From Antedon mediterranea (Eukaryota > Animalia > Echinodermata), in NCBI RefSeq assembly GCF_964355755.1, contig NC_092674.1:13330001-13394000 (forward strand): a DNA stretch of 64,000 nt. Reading direction: 5' to 3'. The notes under the pieces are model-generated. The model worked only from the letters and a program-made list of their open reading frames with translations. It was not told where the DNA came from and made no database searches. The translations under genes and the position numbers were made by a program. Below, one piece after another: positions 40,483 to 53,300 of this stretch. Every line of letters begins with the position of its first letter. Positions within the stretch are counted from its first letter, which is position 1.

Positions 40483-41289
40483 AGCCCCTTTCTCACATAT
40501 GTGCCTGCAATATACCGGTACAGTGCTGGCGTCGTGCCGGTATCGTTACCGGCATATACCCATTCTCATCGGACTATCATGCCGAAAATATAACCGATAT
40601 ATACCGGCTTTCTGTGAGAAAGGAGTCGGGCATATTCGGCCAATACAAAGTCTCTGACAAAATAATTATTGAGGGCGTCCTTTATTGTTATTATCTTTGT
40701 CTAGCGATAATGGCGGCGAATTTTAAGTTACAGATTATTATCTTACTTATAGCATATTTATGCAATACATGATATGTACAGTATATTGTGCATATATTAT
40801 ACAGGTGCAGCAATTAATTAGCCGTCATCGGAAATCTGTAAAACACCTTAGAAGGCTGTACAATTTACAAGGCAACAAAGGGTCAGGCACCAACAAAGAG
40901 CTATGGCCTAGGCCTATAGATTATGCAGTACACATTTCTTCTTGTCCCCTTATTTTAATCAGCTATCTTATCTCATTATCCTTCCAGTTCGACATTATTA
41001 TTGTTAATTGAATTGAATCGGCGCCAAAGTGATACAATTGACCGCGCAAGGTGTCAAAGCCTCGACTGGGAATTAAATATAACCCCAGAATATAACGGTG
41101 TTACGTTCTTACAGAATGCCCGTCTGGCATTGCGGGGAATATCCCTAGAATATTACTAGGTCTAAAGCAGGTCATGTCGATGCCGGCATGATGCAGGCAT
41201 GATACCAAGTTCTCACAGAAACCCATACCGGCATGGTAATGGTATATTCCCGCAATATTCCTGGCACACAGCTCTGTGAGAAAAGGGCT
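40483..41289. mobile_element. PIF/Harbinger-like non-autonomous element
   Basis: TIRs AGCCCCTTTCTCACA...TGTGAGAAAAGGGCT flanked by TAA and TTA; empty site TACTCTTAG in the other two units. Confidence 0.8.
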
Positions 41290-42439
41290 TTAGTGTGATC
41301 ACTTTGATAAAACCTAACGTACTCAATATGTAAATGAATTTTATGTGTATAATATGAAATTAAAACTCAGAGGATATAGGAAAATAGGTAACAAAATATC
41401 ACGATTGTGTTAAATCTTTGTTTAATTCAAGTTTTAAGACAGTAGGATATATTATGGTTAAGTTTAGATTGGAAAGAAAAGAGAACGCATGTATAATATA
41501 TAATATATGTCATTAATTGACGCTATTTCAAGAAACAAGAATAATAATACTATAGAACTACAGTTTAACGTTATAAATAATCTAACAGTCACACATTTTT
41601 CCGCATTTACTGACTAAATGTATAAAACATGTGAACCGAGGGCGCCATCTCATTTGAGTCACGATTCTTACGTCTATTATGCAAAGTTGAAAAATAAATA
41701 ACGTCAACGATGTTTGTCAAGATCACATCGTGCTACACGAAAACTGCTGTAGCCCCGAATAGAAAGTTAAAATTCACGATGCGCGCTTACGTTAGTGTTG
41801 TTATGAAAGTAGACATTTCCGCAATCGTACGTCGATCAGATTATAACGTATTTGGAGAATTGTATCTTATAGGCTTTTCCCTTTTTCGAGCAAATTATAT
41901 TATAATTTTAGCACACAAAGTATATGCATAAAAAAAGTACCTAGTTTTCCTTAATTTCTTTATTGAACTATTCTTTTTAGCGACCCTTGACACAACAATA
42001 ACTTAAATTCACTTATTTAAACAAAATAGTATGCCTCGATTATACATTCAGTATTTGACAATAGTTTTTGATACAGTAATTGGACGACAACAAACAATAT
42101 GCGGTAGCCAAACGATCATCGTGGTTTACTTTATAAAGAATAACACTCATAATGTTAGTTTCCCAACGTTCTTTCTGTGCAACGCTAGATCATTAATAAT
42201 ACTGACACAGAAGTATGATGTTATATCAGTTACAACAACGTGGTACAGACCAGGTTTACCGTCTGACACAATGTCTTTTCGTGGATAGACTTTAGGCCTA
42301 ACCTAGCGGAGTATGGTCGAAGCGGCCGCCAGTTTAGTATCGTTATTTGTATGGAACGCCATATGCACTTTAATATTTGATTGTCGTTTGTCTTTGCCGA
42401 GTTGAGTTACAGCTAAAGGAGTATGCTCAAACCAATAAC

Positions 42440-43145
42440 AATTTACGTACAGGTATTGCCGAATCTTTATATCTCGTTTACATACTATCGAATCTTTATA
42501 CAGTATTGCATTAATAATTTACGTACGGTAGTCGAATCTTTGTTTACATACTATCGAATCGTTTACAGTATTGCATTAATAATTTACGTACGGTATTGCC
42601 GAATATTTATATCTCATTTACATACTTTCGAATATTGACACAGTATTGCATTAATAATTTACATACGGTACTGTCGAATCTTTATATCTCATTTACATAC
42701 TATCGAATCTTTATACAGTATTGCATTAATAATTTACGTACGGTAGTCGAATCTTTGTTTACATACTATCGAATCGTTTACAGTATTGCATTAATAATTT
42801 ACGTACGGTATTGCCGAATATTTATATCTCATTTACATACTTTCGAATATTGACACAGTATTGCATTAATAATTTACGTACGGTACTGTCGAATCTTTAT
42901 ATCTCATTTACATACTATAGAATCTTTATACAGTATTGTATTAATAATTTACGTACGGTATTGCCGAATCTTTCTCATGTACATACTATCGAATCTTTAT
43001 ACAGTATTGCAATAATAATGTACGTACGGTACTGTCGAATCTTTGTATCTCATTTACATACAATCGAATATTTATACAGTATTGCATTAATAATTTACGT
43101 ACGGTATTGCCGAATATTTATATATCATTTACTGTACTATCGAAT
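42440..43145 (+). repeat. Satellite array with a 75-bp monomer and a 215-bp higher-order repeat
   Basis: CAGTATTG anchor at 42501, 42566, 42641, 42716, 42781, 42856, 42931, 43002, 43077. Confidence 0.9.
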
Positions 43146-43597
43146 CTTGTTTTTTATTATTAGTAATAGGGTGTGTTCTACATTAAGTGTTATTCCATTG
43201 TAATACATGGTTTGTGTTTTCAATAAAGCAACGTGAGGGACGAATACGCCAGAGGAACGTGCACCTTCTACAGCACTATTCCTGGCCGGCCACTAGTCGA
43301 GTTTATTAGCAGACATTCACGTAATTAATTAGTTTTGTATGCATAGCTGGTAAACAACAGTAATATACGAACATCGGACGCTAGCTATGCCTAGCCTGAC
43401 TTTGTATAGTTGCTGCATTAATTGTATTTCTGTTTTCCAGAATCTGTAATACAAATTTGGAGAAACCCGGTATTTTCGCTGAAATAAATTCTTCTACTTT
43501 ATTTATTTTAGCCTTCACGATCGATCGAAAGTAGGTGAATCACAGAAGAAAAACTAAAGAATAAATCCCCGCGTAATGCATGTTCGGATAGCGGGCC

Positions 43598-46500
43598 GCG
43601 ATTTTTTTTTTCGTACATAAGTTGGGGACCCCTTAATGAAACGTCACAAAATAAACATGAATAATTCATCAGTTTTTTCTTGTTCCGTGTGCACCCAAGG
43701 GTATAACAACAAGAAGTGATTACACGACACAACTGCGATACGATTCTAGGCCATCTCCGCTGTGGTTGCGGCGTGCGATTTCATAAAAGAATAGCTGCGT
43801 TTTGTGTGGATTGTCAAAATAATCAGCCTTTAGTTTATGATAGAGTTTTTAATATAATTATTGTATTATTAAAGAATTACGTGTTAAAATTATAGTTTCT
43901 ATTAATACTATTAGGCCTAATTATTAGTCTCTAAAGTCCATGTCTATTCTAGTAGTCTGTGTGGGTGTGACGTGTGTGTTACTGTTAGGTATGACACAGT
44001 CCGAGTAATAAGTCAGCAAAATTAAACAATTACATTACACAAAAATACATTTTTTATTCTCGTGGTTCTAATCTTTCCATCTCATGTGTTCCTATACGCG
44101 CATTTTTAAAGTTCCTTTGAGTACATGCATATTGTTTGATAATAAAATAGCAGAATTAAAAAATTACAGTACACAAATTATAAACATTCTTCTTGTGGGT
44201 CTAAGCTTTCTATGGGCTATGTCTAATTACTACTTATAGTCCAGTAAAGATAAGTCAAAAATAGGGTGAACCTAGAACAATTTGCAACAGAATTTTTTTT
44301 TGTTTTGTCTGGTAAATATGGTTCAAATGAATATCATATCCAAAGTTTACCAAAATCGGACATCGGGAAATGGGTTAATTAGCATAAATTCAAAATGGCC
44401 GCCATTTGCTATTTTGAAGCCTCATATCTCTCTAACGGTTGGATTTAGACCACCTAAGTGCATTACGAGTAGATATAAATGTGATATTAAACATTCTAAT
44501 TAGCATATTTAAATTTCCATATGACGTACTTATTACGTCATGTGGTAGTTGTGACGTCATATATTATGTTATAACTGTTTAAATGACATTATACTATTCG
44601 AACAATTTAGGGACTGCAAGAAACATGTTTCTTGACATTTTCCTTGTTAAAATGAACATTATTTCCAAAGTTTACCAAAATCGGACGTCAGGAAGTGGGT
44701 TAATTAGCATACATTCAAAATGGCCGCTATTTATCATACCATTTTGAAGCTCCATATCTCCTTAACGCTTGGTTTTAGACCACCTAAGTGCATTGAGAGT
44801 AGATATAAATGTGATATTAAACTTTATAATTAGCATATTTAAATTGCCATATAACGTACCTATGATGTCATAAGACATATGACGTCATGTATTTTGTCAC
44901 AATAATGCTCAATTCTAAGGGGAAAATATAGAAACCGAAAGGAAAAAATGTTTTTAATCTCATGAAAATAGTACAACATTTACCACATCCAGGTTAAGAT
45001 CATGGGTATCAGAAGTTATTCGGCCACCCTTCACAACATGCAATAGAACATTCCAGTTAATTTTCTGCAACTGCAAATTTTTATAACTGCATATATATCT
45101 CATATATCTCATATATATTTAAAGAAATAGGATTCTTAATTAAGTAATGAGTCTGGGATTTAATAATTCGACCCCATCCTAAATATGGAGTTGGATCACA
45201 GTAAGTTTCCAATCCAAAGTACATACATAGAAAATGTAATGTCAAAATACTTCCACCATACATGTAGGCACAGCAAGTCTACTTCATTGGCTTTTCTGAT
45301 GTCTTTTTAAATTTTGGACCAAACAGTTCTTGCTTAGAATAGAATGCATACCCCTGTTTCTTTGCAAGTTCAGAGCATTACAAAGATGTTGCAAATTTGC
45401 TCCTTAAGATGTTTTCTTTAAGTACCAATTATTCCACTATTTTTTGCTTCTTCTGTCTTAAAACGCAATCGCTTTTTTTAATTATGGCAAAGTAAGATAT
45501 TTAATAGATCCCCATCTGCATTCAAAGTTTCTATTCCATTTTTCTGACATTTTTTTGTCAAAGAAGTTGAATACTGTCTTGTCGAAAAATAAAATACTGT
45601 AATTAGTAGTGGCAAGTTTGAAAATTACTGTATTACCTTAACAACCCCTTTTTGGATTCCGTTGATGTGTATCTTTTAACTGATGGTTCTTCATCCTAGT
45701 TAACACTAGGATGAAGTGTCCTTGTTATATGCTCATTGAATCTTGGAAACAGCATTCAAAAGATAAACATTATATAAAACATCATAAAAAGTTGTTGTCT
45801 CATAAATGATCGACACCAAACAGATGCAATGAAATAGCAAATTTGAAAGAGCAGAATGGAGATGCTGACTATCAGTATGACATTTATCATTTTCATTTCA
45901 ATTGAGATGAGTTTGTGGGAATGATGGGTTTGAATAGCCTGACCCACAATCAATCGCCTCATTACAATATTTTTTTTATTTCTTTACCAATTTAAAGAGA
46001 TAAAGTTCTAAAAGATGTAGTTTTAGAAAACACAAAACAAGATGTGCGCTTGAGTACAAATCAGTTTCGGAAATACAGTTGATGATCACCTTTCATACGG
46101 TTCTGTAGAATATCTATTTTCATAAGATTTTGTAAATGGAAACTTAATGATAAATTTCAATGGTTTTTACATATATATCTACTCGTAATGCACATAGGCT
46201 GTCTAAACCCAACCGCTAAGGAGATACAGGGCTTCGAAATGGTATTTTGAATTTATGCTAATTGACCCTCTTGAAGTCTGATGTTGGTGAACTTAGGATA
46301 TCATGTTCATTTCAACAGGAAATTGTTAGAAAATTGTTTTCCTGCAGTTTCTACATTTTGTAGCATGGGATAATGCCATTTAAGCAGTTATAACATAATA
46401 TATGACGTCACAACTACCTTATGACGTCATATTTACGTCATATGGTAATTTAAATGTGCTAATTGGGAAGTTTAATGTCACATTTATATCTACTCGCACT

Positions 46501-47318
46501 GCACTTTGGTGGTCTAAAACCACCATTAAGGAGATATAGGGCTTCAAAATGATATAGTAAATAGCGGCCATTTTTAATTTATGCTAATTAACACACTTCC
46601 TGACGTCCGATTTTGGTAAACTTTGGAAATTATGTTCATTTCAACAAGGAGAATGTTAGGAAACTTGTTTTTCTGCAGTTTCTAAATTGTTCGCATAGTA
46701 TAATGTCATTTAAGCATTTATAACATAATTTATGACGTCACAACTACCATATGACGTCAAAGGTACGTCCTATGGAAATTTAAATATGCCAGATAGAATG
46801 TTTAATATCCCATTTATATCTACTCGTAATGCATATAGGTGGTCTAAATCCAACCGTTAAGGAGATATGGGGCTTTAAAATAGCAAATGGCGGCCATTTT
46901 GAATTTATGCTAATTAACCCACTTCCCGATGTCCGATTTGGTAAACTTTGGATATGATGTTCATGTTCACCATATCAACCAAATAAAAAAAAAAAAAAAT
47001 TCTGTTGCAATTTGTTCTAGGTTCAACCATATTTTTACTGGACTATTAGTTGAATGTGTCTTGTCTAGCTGTCGATTAGCCTCGACACATTTTGCATATA
47101 GGTTGGTGTGTGTGTGTGAAGAAGAGTGCGAGAAGGCAATCACATGAATTGACCTAGAATCCTAGGCCTAGAAAAAATCGTATCGCAGTTGTAATCACTT
47201 TTAGCTATACGTACGCTTGGGTAGACACGGAACAAAAAAATTAACTGATGAATTATTCATGTTTATTTTGTGACGTTTCATGAGGGGTCCCCAACTTATG
47301 TACGAAAAAAAAAATCGC
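43598..47318. mobile_element. Mutator-like (MULE) MITE with ~150-bp TIRs and 9-bp TSD, containing a nested element
   Basis: TAGCGGGCC at 43589-43597 and 47319-47327; single TAGCGGGCC at the empty site near 39412; TIR GCGATTTTTTTTTTCGTACATAAGTTGGGGACCCC. Confidence 0.88.
44237..47045. mobile_element. Academ-like DNA transposon derivative with long, internally repeated TIRs
   Basis: TAGTCCAGTAAA...TTTACTGGACTA termini, TTA duplicated on both sides, empty site in the 16490-17296 copy; subterminal tandem units of roughly 300 bp; superfamily call rests on TAG..CTA ends and a 3-bp TSD. Confidence 0.7.
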
Positions 47319-49164
47319 TAGCGGGCCGCTAATAATGAATAGAATCGACTTATTTTTCACCTTTTTAACCGTTCACAGACCAAAAAAGTTATCGCAATAG
47401 GACCATATAGTATTTATTTTAACATTAAATGTAGGTTGTGACCTTAATAAATTAGATTTAAAAAACGTAGGGAATGGGACTTTAAACATTTTTCATAAGA
47501 ATGACTTCAAACAGTTATGTAAATGTTTAGTGTCAGTAGTAACCAGCTTTCTTTAAAATGTAATAATTTATTTTAATATTTTTGTCAATTGCATTCTTAT
47601 AATACTATGTAAGGCTACGACTGATTTACGAAAATATTCTATTTCACGAAATAGCAACATGTGCTTCTAAAACAGGAAGTAAGCGCCGTATATAATTATT
47701 GTATGACTAATCATTTTGTATAAATAATTCACAGTACGGTAAAAGCAATGTTTTAATAGTCGAAATATGTCAACATTCAAAATTCAGTTTGTTATGGTCA
47801 CTTTTTGTGGAAAATGCATAGTGATGCTAATGGTGAAACGATATTATTATTGTAATAAACCATAACTTATATCAGTAATAATAATGCAATGAAATATTTA
47901 TAAAAAGGTATACATTTTGTTTCAACACTCTGATTAATAATGGATCGATCCATTTAGTGGTCTTATAGCAGAAACTAGTTTATATAGTACTGAATGTTAA
48001 CACTCGTTGTCCTGTGTCTGTTGTACCAACTATGGTTGTGTTATACTTATAATTATTATATATTGCCAACTTACCAGCTATTGCCACTGGACTTGAACAC
48101 TGAACAAACTTTCCCGATAAACTCTCAATTCGACCGATTCGTAGCTGTTTAAGTACCTGCACTCCTTTGTCTATTTTCATATTATTATTTATAATAACAA
48201 AATGTATACCTAAACTTAGCACAATAATGGCACAAAAACCTTTCCACGGTATAATGACCCTTTTTATATAGATGCTCAAGTCATTGTGTAGAATTTCTAT
48301 TCATAGTTTCAGTCATTCAATTCTATATAACCACAAGTACTCATGTATCAGATTATAACCTGTACCCAATATAGTATACTCTTAGAGTGATAACTTCGAG
48401 AAACCTAACGCACTCAATAGGTAAATGTATTTTATATGTATAATATGAAATTAAAACTCAGATGATATAGGAAAATAGGTAAAAAACATCACGATTGTGT
48501 AATTAATCTTTGTTGAATTCAAGTATTAAGACAGTAGGATATAATGGTTATGTTTAGATTGAAAAGAAACTGTTGGAAAGAAAAGAGAACGCATTTATAA
48601 TATATGTCATTAATTGACGCTATTTCAAGAAACAAGAATAATAATACTAAAGAACAACATTTTAACATTAAAAATAATCATAAAACAGTCAGTCATAAGT
48701 CAGTCACATTTTATTCCGCATTTACTGACGAAATGTATAAAAACCTGTAAACAGAGGGCGCCATCACATTTGCATCCAAGATTCTTACGTCTTTTAGGCA
48801 AAGTTGAAAAATAAATAACGTCAAGATCGCATCGTGCTGCACGAAAACTGCTGTAGCCCCGAATAGGTTCCCACTTGAACTCGACGCAAGGTAACGCAGC
48901 GACGAATCGACGAAAAGTGCCGTATTGCGTAATCACAAGTGGGAACCGACGACGCAACAGTGCTGCAAAAATCAAATTCACGACGCGCGCTTACGTTAAT
49001 GTTGTTACGAATGTAGACATTTCCTTATTACCTTTTCCTACGCCGACCAGATTTATAACGTATTTGGAGATTTTTCTCTGATAGGTTTTTCCCCTTTTCG
49101 AGCGGATTATATTATAATTTTTGCACACAAAGTATATGCATAAACAAGTACCTGGTTTTCCTAA

Positions 49165-49576
49165 AGTGTGGTTCCCACTAGGACGCAACGTAACGCAACG
49201 CAATGACGTATCGACGCAACGTGCCGTATTGCGTAATCACAAGTGGGAATCGAATGACGTAACGTTGTGCAGTTGACAACAAAACAGCGCTGCAAACAGT
49301 TGCTACGGGAAATCAAATCAGTTTGATTTTACGCAATAACGTAAGGCAAACGCAAGAGAAACATAGTATAGCGCATGCTCAGACCATGAAATCAAAAAGT
49401 TTTTCGCCTGCTGTTTCGCGGTCATCGCGGTGTCTCCGCAGCTAGTTGGCAGAGGGAGTAGTCTCGACGGGTGGTAGTTCAGGAGAATTTTACACATTAT
49501 CACTGGGTGGGGTTTGTAGTGTGTGTGTTAGCAAAATGGTTTCAAAATGCGAGGCGGTGTTCATGGATGTTGTAAT
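49165..49576 (+). mobile_element. Left end of a Harbinger-like element, truncated by a LINE fragment
   Basis: TAA|AGTGTGGTTCCCACT terminus with GACGCAA subterminal repeats, at the point where homology to unit 2 (about 41952) stops. Confidence 0.55.
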
Positions 49577-49900
49577 ACTGAATACTGAATACTGAAATGC
49601 TTTATTTGTCCATCATCATCATAAAATAACAACAGAAATTCTTCTTGAAGATTGACAATTATTAGTACAATAATAAATAAATATACACTATAATATAGTA
49701 TGTACACACACATGATTGCACAAAAAATATAAGTTATGAAACACGATGTAAAAAAGACTAGGTAAGACAGTTTTCATGTCTGTATGACAAATCTTCGATT
49801 GGTTTAAAAAAACGGGATACATAATTAAGTTGAGGCATGGAAAAGGGTGAAAGAAATTAGTGTTGTTGACAATCCAGAAACTTTGTATAAAACCATCAGA
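49577..49900 (-). mobile_element. Decayed LINE 3' fragment with (CAGTATT)n tail
   Basis: Minus-strand AATAAA followed by TTCAGTATTCAGTATTCAGTAT; only weak coding remnants upstream. Confidence 0.5.
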
Positions 49901-50303
49901 GATTGGTTTACAAAGGTAGGCATAGGCTAGGCCTAGCCCATACATGCCTACAATACATACAATAGGCCTACAAAGCCTTGGTATAGGGCAAATCTCCCAG
50001 GCCTCTAGAGGCATAGGCCTATAAGCCTAATTTAAATAATAGGCCTAAATAATAATATTACTGGACCTAGCTAGCCTAGGTAGAATATATTATTAATAAT
50101 TATTACCTAGGCTAGGCCTAGCCTATGGGTGGTACGGTATTAGTAGGCCAGGCCTATATTGCAAGGAAATATTCGTTACCAAAAATAAATGAATAATATT
50201 ATAATATATATATTTAAATAAAAATAATAAATAATAATATAATAACAAATAACACTAACATTAATAATAATAATATAATAATAAAAGATGATGATGACGA
50301 TAA

Positions 50304-53300
50304 ACGACAACAGCAGGAGTAATATGTAATATAAATAATTTTGGGATCAGACAGGAACAATCAAGGTTTACTGTAGTAATCAAAGAGAATAATATTCAGG
50401 TTTTTGGCGTTGCAGAAACCTTTCTAACTAATGATAATAATATTAATATAGATGGTTATAATTGGTTTGGTAAATGTAGAAAACACAAGCGAGGAGGGGG
50501 TGTAGGTGCCTTTGTTGCGAAAAATATCACTATTTTAGATGACAATGTTTTTAATTGTAATTCCGATGAATACGAAAGAATTTGGGTAAAAGTGTGTTTT
50601 GATTCAAACACACCAGTGTATATATCGGTAGTATATTATCCTGTTAATGGAGTTGACAGTGAGAAATCAGATGAATTGATTAATCAATTATTATCAGAAG
50701 TTATCCAATTAGAAAATAATGCAGAAAATCATGAGCCTCTCATTCTGATAATGGGGGACTTTAATGGTAGAATTGGTCATGAAATTGCTAATGGTGATCC
50801 ACAGGTTAATAGTAATGGTAAGCGCTTACTACAATTTAAGGATGATTCAAATATGTTTATTTTAAACTGTAGTCCTTTATGTGAAGGGGTGGTTACTTGG
50901 TGCAAGGGTAATCAGAAAAGCACCATTGATTACATACTTTGTTCTCAAAATATGTTGAATAATGTAGTAAAGTTCATTGTTGATGAAGACAGAAAGCTAG
51001 GCACAGGAAGTGATCACAATAGCCTTTTGTTAGAATTAGATACTACCCTAATCACTCCTGTCAATCATCATTCTTATGCTAATCATGTATGGAATACTGC
51101 AGGTATTCAGGATTTTATTAAGTATCAAGAAAATATTGAAAACAACTTTTCCAACTGGAATGCTGATGGCTTTAATAATGTTGATAACTTGTGGGAATCC
51201 TGGAAATCTATTGTTGTTTCTTCAGCTAAGGATGGTATTGGTATTAAGAAATTAAGTAAAAAACGTAAACATTGGTTTGATAATGAAGTTCAAAAAGCAA
51301 TAGCAGAACGAAGAGAGGCTGCTCGTGCTCATAGACGCTCAGTTAAATTAGATCCCAATTGTGCTCACACAGATAATCTGTGGCAATATTATCAAGAAAA
51401 AAGGATACATGCCAAAAAAGTTATATCTAAGAAAATTACTGAAACTAGGGTAAATAAATCGGTAGAGATTGCTAATAAAGGAGGACCATCCTGTAGGGAC
51501 TTTTGGAACATATTAAAAGGGTTTAATGACAAACATAGTAAATCAGGCATTAATTGTGTAAAAATCCCAGAATCAGATGAAACTACTTGTGATAAAGGAA
51601 AAATACTTTATTTTGTTAAAGAGTATTGGGAGAACTTAGGTAAGGCTAATAACGATTATGATTGTTTTACTTATTTAACGAAGCGGGCGGTTGATGAGAT
51701 GCGTTCTAATACATTAGGTAATGATAACGATGACGAAAATTTACTATGTGACATTAATATAGACCTTGATATAATCATTGAGGCACTTGCAATCGCTAAA
51801 AATAATAAAGCTCCGGGAGTTGATGGAATAACCAATGAGCTTTTAAAAAATGGTGGAGACGCTTTAGCGGCATCACTCGTTTGTTTATTTAATAACATTA
51901 TCAAATTAGAAACAATTCCAAGTGAGTGGAATATGAGTATCGTTGTACCAATATTTAAAAAAGGAGATCGTAAAGACCTAAATAATTATAGAGGCATCTC
52001 ATTAACATCTTGTGTTTCCAAAATATTTAATAGAGTAATCTCAATGTATATATCTTGCTTTGTTGAAAAAGAAAATGTACTTTCGGAAGTCCAGGGAGGC
52101 TTTAGAGCCTATCACCGTTGTGAAGATCACATCTTTACATTGAAAAGCATTTTATCTTGTCGTTCAATTGAAGGTAAAACTACACATCTAGCTTTCCTGG
52201 ACTTCCGAAAAGCATTTGATAGTGTATGGCGTGATGGTCTCCTAAAATGTGCCTGGGATACGGGAGTTAGAGGGAAAATTTGGAAAATAATAAGCTCACT
52301 ATATGACAATGTTAAAGCAAAAGTAAAAGTGGGGGAAAGCATGACTAATGAGTTTAATATCCACAAAGGAGTAAAACAAGGGTGTGTACTCTCACCAATT
52401 TTATTTTCTATATTTATTAATGAATTTGTTAAACTTCTTCGTGAAAGCAACTTCGGGGTAAGAATGAATGGTGTCTGGATGGGAGGGCTCTTCTGGGCTG
52501 ATGATGTTATATTGATTGCTAATAATGAAAGGGAAATGACTGAAATGTTAGAAATTGCCAATATATTCGCCAAAGAATGGAAACTTGGTTTTAATCATGA
52601 AAAATCAAATGTCATGGTTGTTGGAAAATGCATAAATAAAGATAAAGAGTGGAAATTAGGTGAAAAATCGATAAAAGAAGTAAATAGTTATAAATATTTA
52701 GGGGTCTATATTTCCTCAAACATGAGTGAACATTCACATTATGAACATGTTATCCAAAAGGGCAACCGGCTTATAGCTTATATCAAAGGTATCATAGCTA
52801 ACCTTGATGACTTTAACCGGGTGTACTATGGAAACATACTGTGGAAAACCATTGCAATTCCTTCAATAAATTATGCTTGTAGCATTTGGTATAATAAATC
52901 CAAGAAGGATAACGAAGACCTAGAGAAAGTGCAATTGCAAATGGCCCGCTTTCTTCTCAAAGCTCCACGGTATACTCCAAAAGAGGCACTCTATGGTGAC
53001 CTTGGGTGGGTTCCATTATCCAAGTTACACAAACTGTCCAGAGTTAAATTATTTAATCGTTTTATAACTATGGATGACCACAGGTGGCCTAATATTGTAC
53101 TTAATTCTATGCTACAATTGAAATGTGACTTTGATCGTTTAAAATATAAATTTCTTAGTAGTTGTGTTGACATATTTGAAAAATGTACAGATATAGGCTT
53201 TTACAACAATGTTTTTGATAATGATAGTTTAACTCTTGTTCCTTTCTCAGTTAGCAATGTCGAGCGATGTTTGTCAGAATCATATAAATCAGAGTGGTCA

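Larger units (their letters stand above)
36202..49164 (+). repeat. Tandem triplication of a ~2.4 kb unit, each copy with different TE inserts (third copy incomplete)
   Basis: Unit start TCAAC(C/A)CTCTGATTAATAATGGATC recurs near 36202, 39940 and 47922 with collinear downstream sequence. Confidence 0.88.

Noticed and set aside
42440-43145. CRISPR-like regular repeats
   Set aside because: The intervening sequences are themselves repeated, there are no unique spacers or cas genes, and the context is eukaryotic; it is a satellite
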